From contig CAYXYK010000004.1 in the NCBI GenBank assembly GCA_964469335.1, positions 23,230 through 87,229 on the forward strand: DNA of 64,000 bases, given 5' to 3'. This document shows positions 62,665-64,000 of this stretch, in pieces. Under the pieces are notes generated by a model, which was given only the letters and a program-made list of their open reading frames with translations, was not told the origin of the DNA and did no database searches. The DNA is from an uncultured Candidatus Saccharibacteria bacterium (GTDB lineage Bacteria; Patescibacteriota; Minisyncoccia; Phycocordibacterales; UBA6899). The position numbers and the translations under genes are program-made. Each line of letters begins with the position of its first letter. Within the stretch, counting starts at the first letter, position 1.

Positions 62665-63754
62665 TCTTGCCTCATTCAAACAATTCAGTGCACTTTCGTT
62701 CAGCGGGAGTCGTTTTTCGACCAAAGAGCAGACTATGTTCGCGAAGCGAATGTCGTTCTTGGTGAAGGCAGGGGTGCCCCTGATCGAGTCGCTGTCCCTC
62801 ATTAAGAAGCAAACGAAATCGAAGCAGAAGTCTCTGCTCTACGGACAAGTCATCGAAGACGTGAACAACGGTCTGTTCCTTTCGACCAGTTTAGCCCGTC
62901 GTGGCAATCTGTTCGGGGAGTTCGCGGTCAACCTGATCCGTGTCGGGGAGGAGAGCGGAATACTCAGTCAGAATCTCTCGTACCTTGCCGATGAGCTCGA
63001 GAAGAAGGATGCGCTCCGTCGCAAGGTGATCGGCGCGCTCGTGTATCCCGCAGTGATCACGGTCGCGACCCTTGGGATCACCGGTGTACTGACGATGTAC
63101 ATCTTTCCGAAGATATTGCCGGTATTCTCGAGTTTGCATGTCGCGCTTCCACTATCGACCCGGATGCTGATCGCGATCTCTGCGTTCATGCACAGCTATG
63201 GCGCATGGTTCTTTGTCGGGCTATTCGCATTCGGAGCACTGTTCGTTGTCGCAAAGAACAAGATCGAGGCGGTGCGCTATGCGAGCCACGGGCTCATCCT
63301 TCGCCTTCCGCTCTTCGGCAAGATGATGCGCGGGTACAATCTCGCGAACTTCTGTCGCACGCTTGGGCTACTCCTCCGGAGCGGGATCCAGGTCTCTGCC
63401 GCGCTCGAGATGACCGTCGAGACGACCGGGAATCTGGTGTACAAGAGAGCATACAAGGATATCCATCGTGCCGTCATGGTCGGCCTCCCGATCTCAAACG
63501 CGCTCTCGGAGCATCACCGACTCTTTCCCGATCTGCTCATCCATATGGTCGCGATCGGTGAGACCACAGGAAACCTCTCGAATGCACTGACCTATCTCTC
63601 TGAGATGTATGAGGCGGAAGTCGAAGAGATGACGAAGAATCTTTCGAGTGCGATAGAGCCGGTTCTGATGGTGACCATGGGTGTCCTGGTCGGCTTCATC
63701 GCGGTTTCGATCATTACTCCGATATATGAGATCACTCAGAACCTCCACGGATAA
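62657..63754 (+). CDS. pilC: type IV pilus inner membrane platform protein PilC / GspF family
   Basis: Two GspF repeats (..GVPLIESLSLI.. / ..GIQVSAALEMT..) with TM helices. Start overlaps the pilB stop. Confidence 0.9.
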   Translation: MNNLASFKQFSALSFSGSRFSTKEQTMFAKRMSFLVKAGVPLIESLSLIKKQTKSKQKSLLYGQVIEDVNNGLFLSTSLARRGNLFGEFAVNLIRVGEESGILSQNLSYLADELEKKDALRRKVIGALVYPAVITVATLGITGVLTMYIFPKILPVFSSLHVALPLSTRMLIAISAFMHSYGAWFFVGLFAFGALFVVAKNKIEAVRYASHGLILRLPLFGKMMRGYNLANFCRTLGLLLRSGIQVSAALEMTVETTGNLVYKRAYKDIHRAVMVGLPISNALSEHHRLFPDLLIHMVAIGETTGNLSNALTYLSEMYEAEVEEMTKNLSSAIEPVLMVTMGVLVGFIAVSIITPIYEITQNLHG

Positions 63755-63871
63755 CCGCCCGAATATGTCCGCCTGCTTTGTTGCGGAGGCTCCGCAACTC
63801 GGTCGATGTACCATGAGTACATCTTCCTCGTTGCGCACTCCGCGCCTCGCATCCAGAACATATTTGGGCGG
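63755..63871 (+). repeat. novel intergenic repeat element, copy E7 (between pilC and a pilin gene)
   Basis: Terminal inverted repeat ccgcccgaatatgt / acatatttgggcgg. Hairpin 1 is a perfect GTTGCGGAG-gc-CTCCGCAAC. Hairpin 2 is cgATGTACcatgaGTACATc. Confidence 0.7.
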
Positions 63872-63875
63872 CTAT

Positions 63876-64000
63876 GTGAATTCAAAAAATCGCGGATTCA
63901 CACTCATTGAAGCGTTGGTGGTGATGGGGATCCTCACGATGCTTGGGGGGCTGGGGCTCTTCATGAATCTCGATACCTACCACGGTTTCATGTTCCGCAG
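63876..64000 (+). CDS. prepilin-type N-terminal cleavage/methylation domain protein (pilin), 3'-partial at the window edge
   Basis: (V/M)NSKNRG|FTLIEALVVMGILTMLGGLGLF... Start codon GTG 63876 (or TTG 63864). Confidence 0.6.
   Translation, partial: MNSKNRGFTLIEALVVMGILTMLGGLGLFMNLDTYHGFMFR

Noticed and set aside
1-64000. CRISPR arrays, rRNA genes, IS transposases/integrases, prophage structural genes
   Set aside because: No short direct repeats with unique spacers. No rRNA-like conserved stretches. No transposase or integrase motifs. No capsid/terminase-like ORFs detected on either strand.

Overview
This 64 kb window looks like bacterial chromosomal DNA with high coding density (about 80 predicted CDS) and one tRNA-Asn(GTT). 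I see no rRNA, no CRISPR array and no recognisable IS transposase. Most genes are on the + strand. Nearly every convergent or operon-end junction carries a textbook GC-rich hairpin + T-run terminator. Content is a mix of housekeeping and accessory functions. Housekeeping genes include ABC-F ATPase, RarA, a PIF1/RecD-like helicase, malic enzyme, a pgl-gnd-zwf oxidative pentose-phosphate operon, a GlgC-like nucleotidyltransferase and TrhO. Type IV pilus genes are present: PilB- and PilC-like proteins and at least two prepilin-type pilins. There are two ECF sigma factor/anti-sigma-like operons, three sensor histidine kinases and a TrmB-like regulator just downstream of the tRNA. Many small hypothetical, secreted or membrane proteins are encoded, including DoxX, DUF1003, DUF1211/TMEM175, TerC/DUF475, GlsB, YggT and SRPBCC family members. 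Further genes encode a bacterial SET-domain protein, a barstar-like protein, a pirin, a Met-rich multicopper oxidase and an M23 peptidase. Pilin abundance, many small proteins and little biosynthesis are compatible with a reduced-genome (possibly Patescibacteria-like) organism. That taxonomic guess is inference only. The most striking signal is a family of at least 8 same-orientation copies of an unannotated ~70-125 nt intergenic element, each immediately 3' of a + strand gene. The element has a conserved core with two hairpins: GTTGYGGG..CCCAAG, and a GTAC-N5/6-GTAC palindrome showing compensatory changes between copies and one G.U wobble. The longer copies also have terminal inverted repeats whose outer bases differ between copies but stay complementary. 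I could not assign it to any known RNA or mobile element family. All coordinates were derived by hand from the sequence and ORF track; ORF ends are reliable, but starts and non-coding element boundaries may be off by a few nt.
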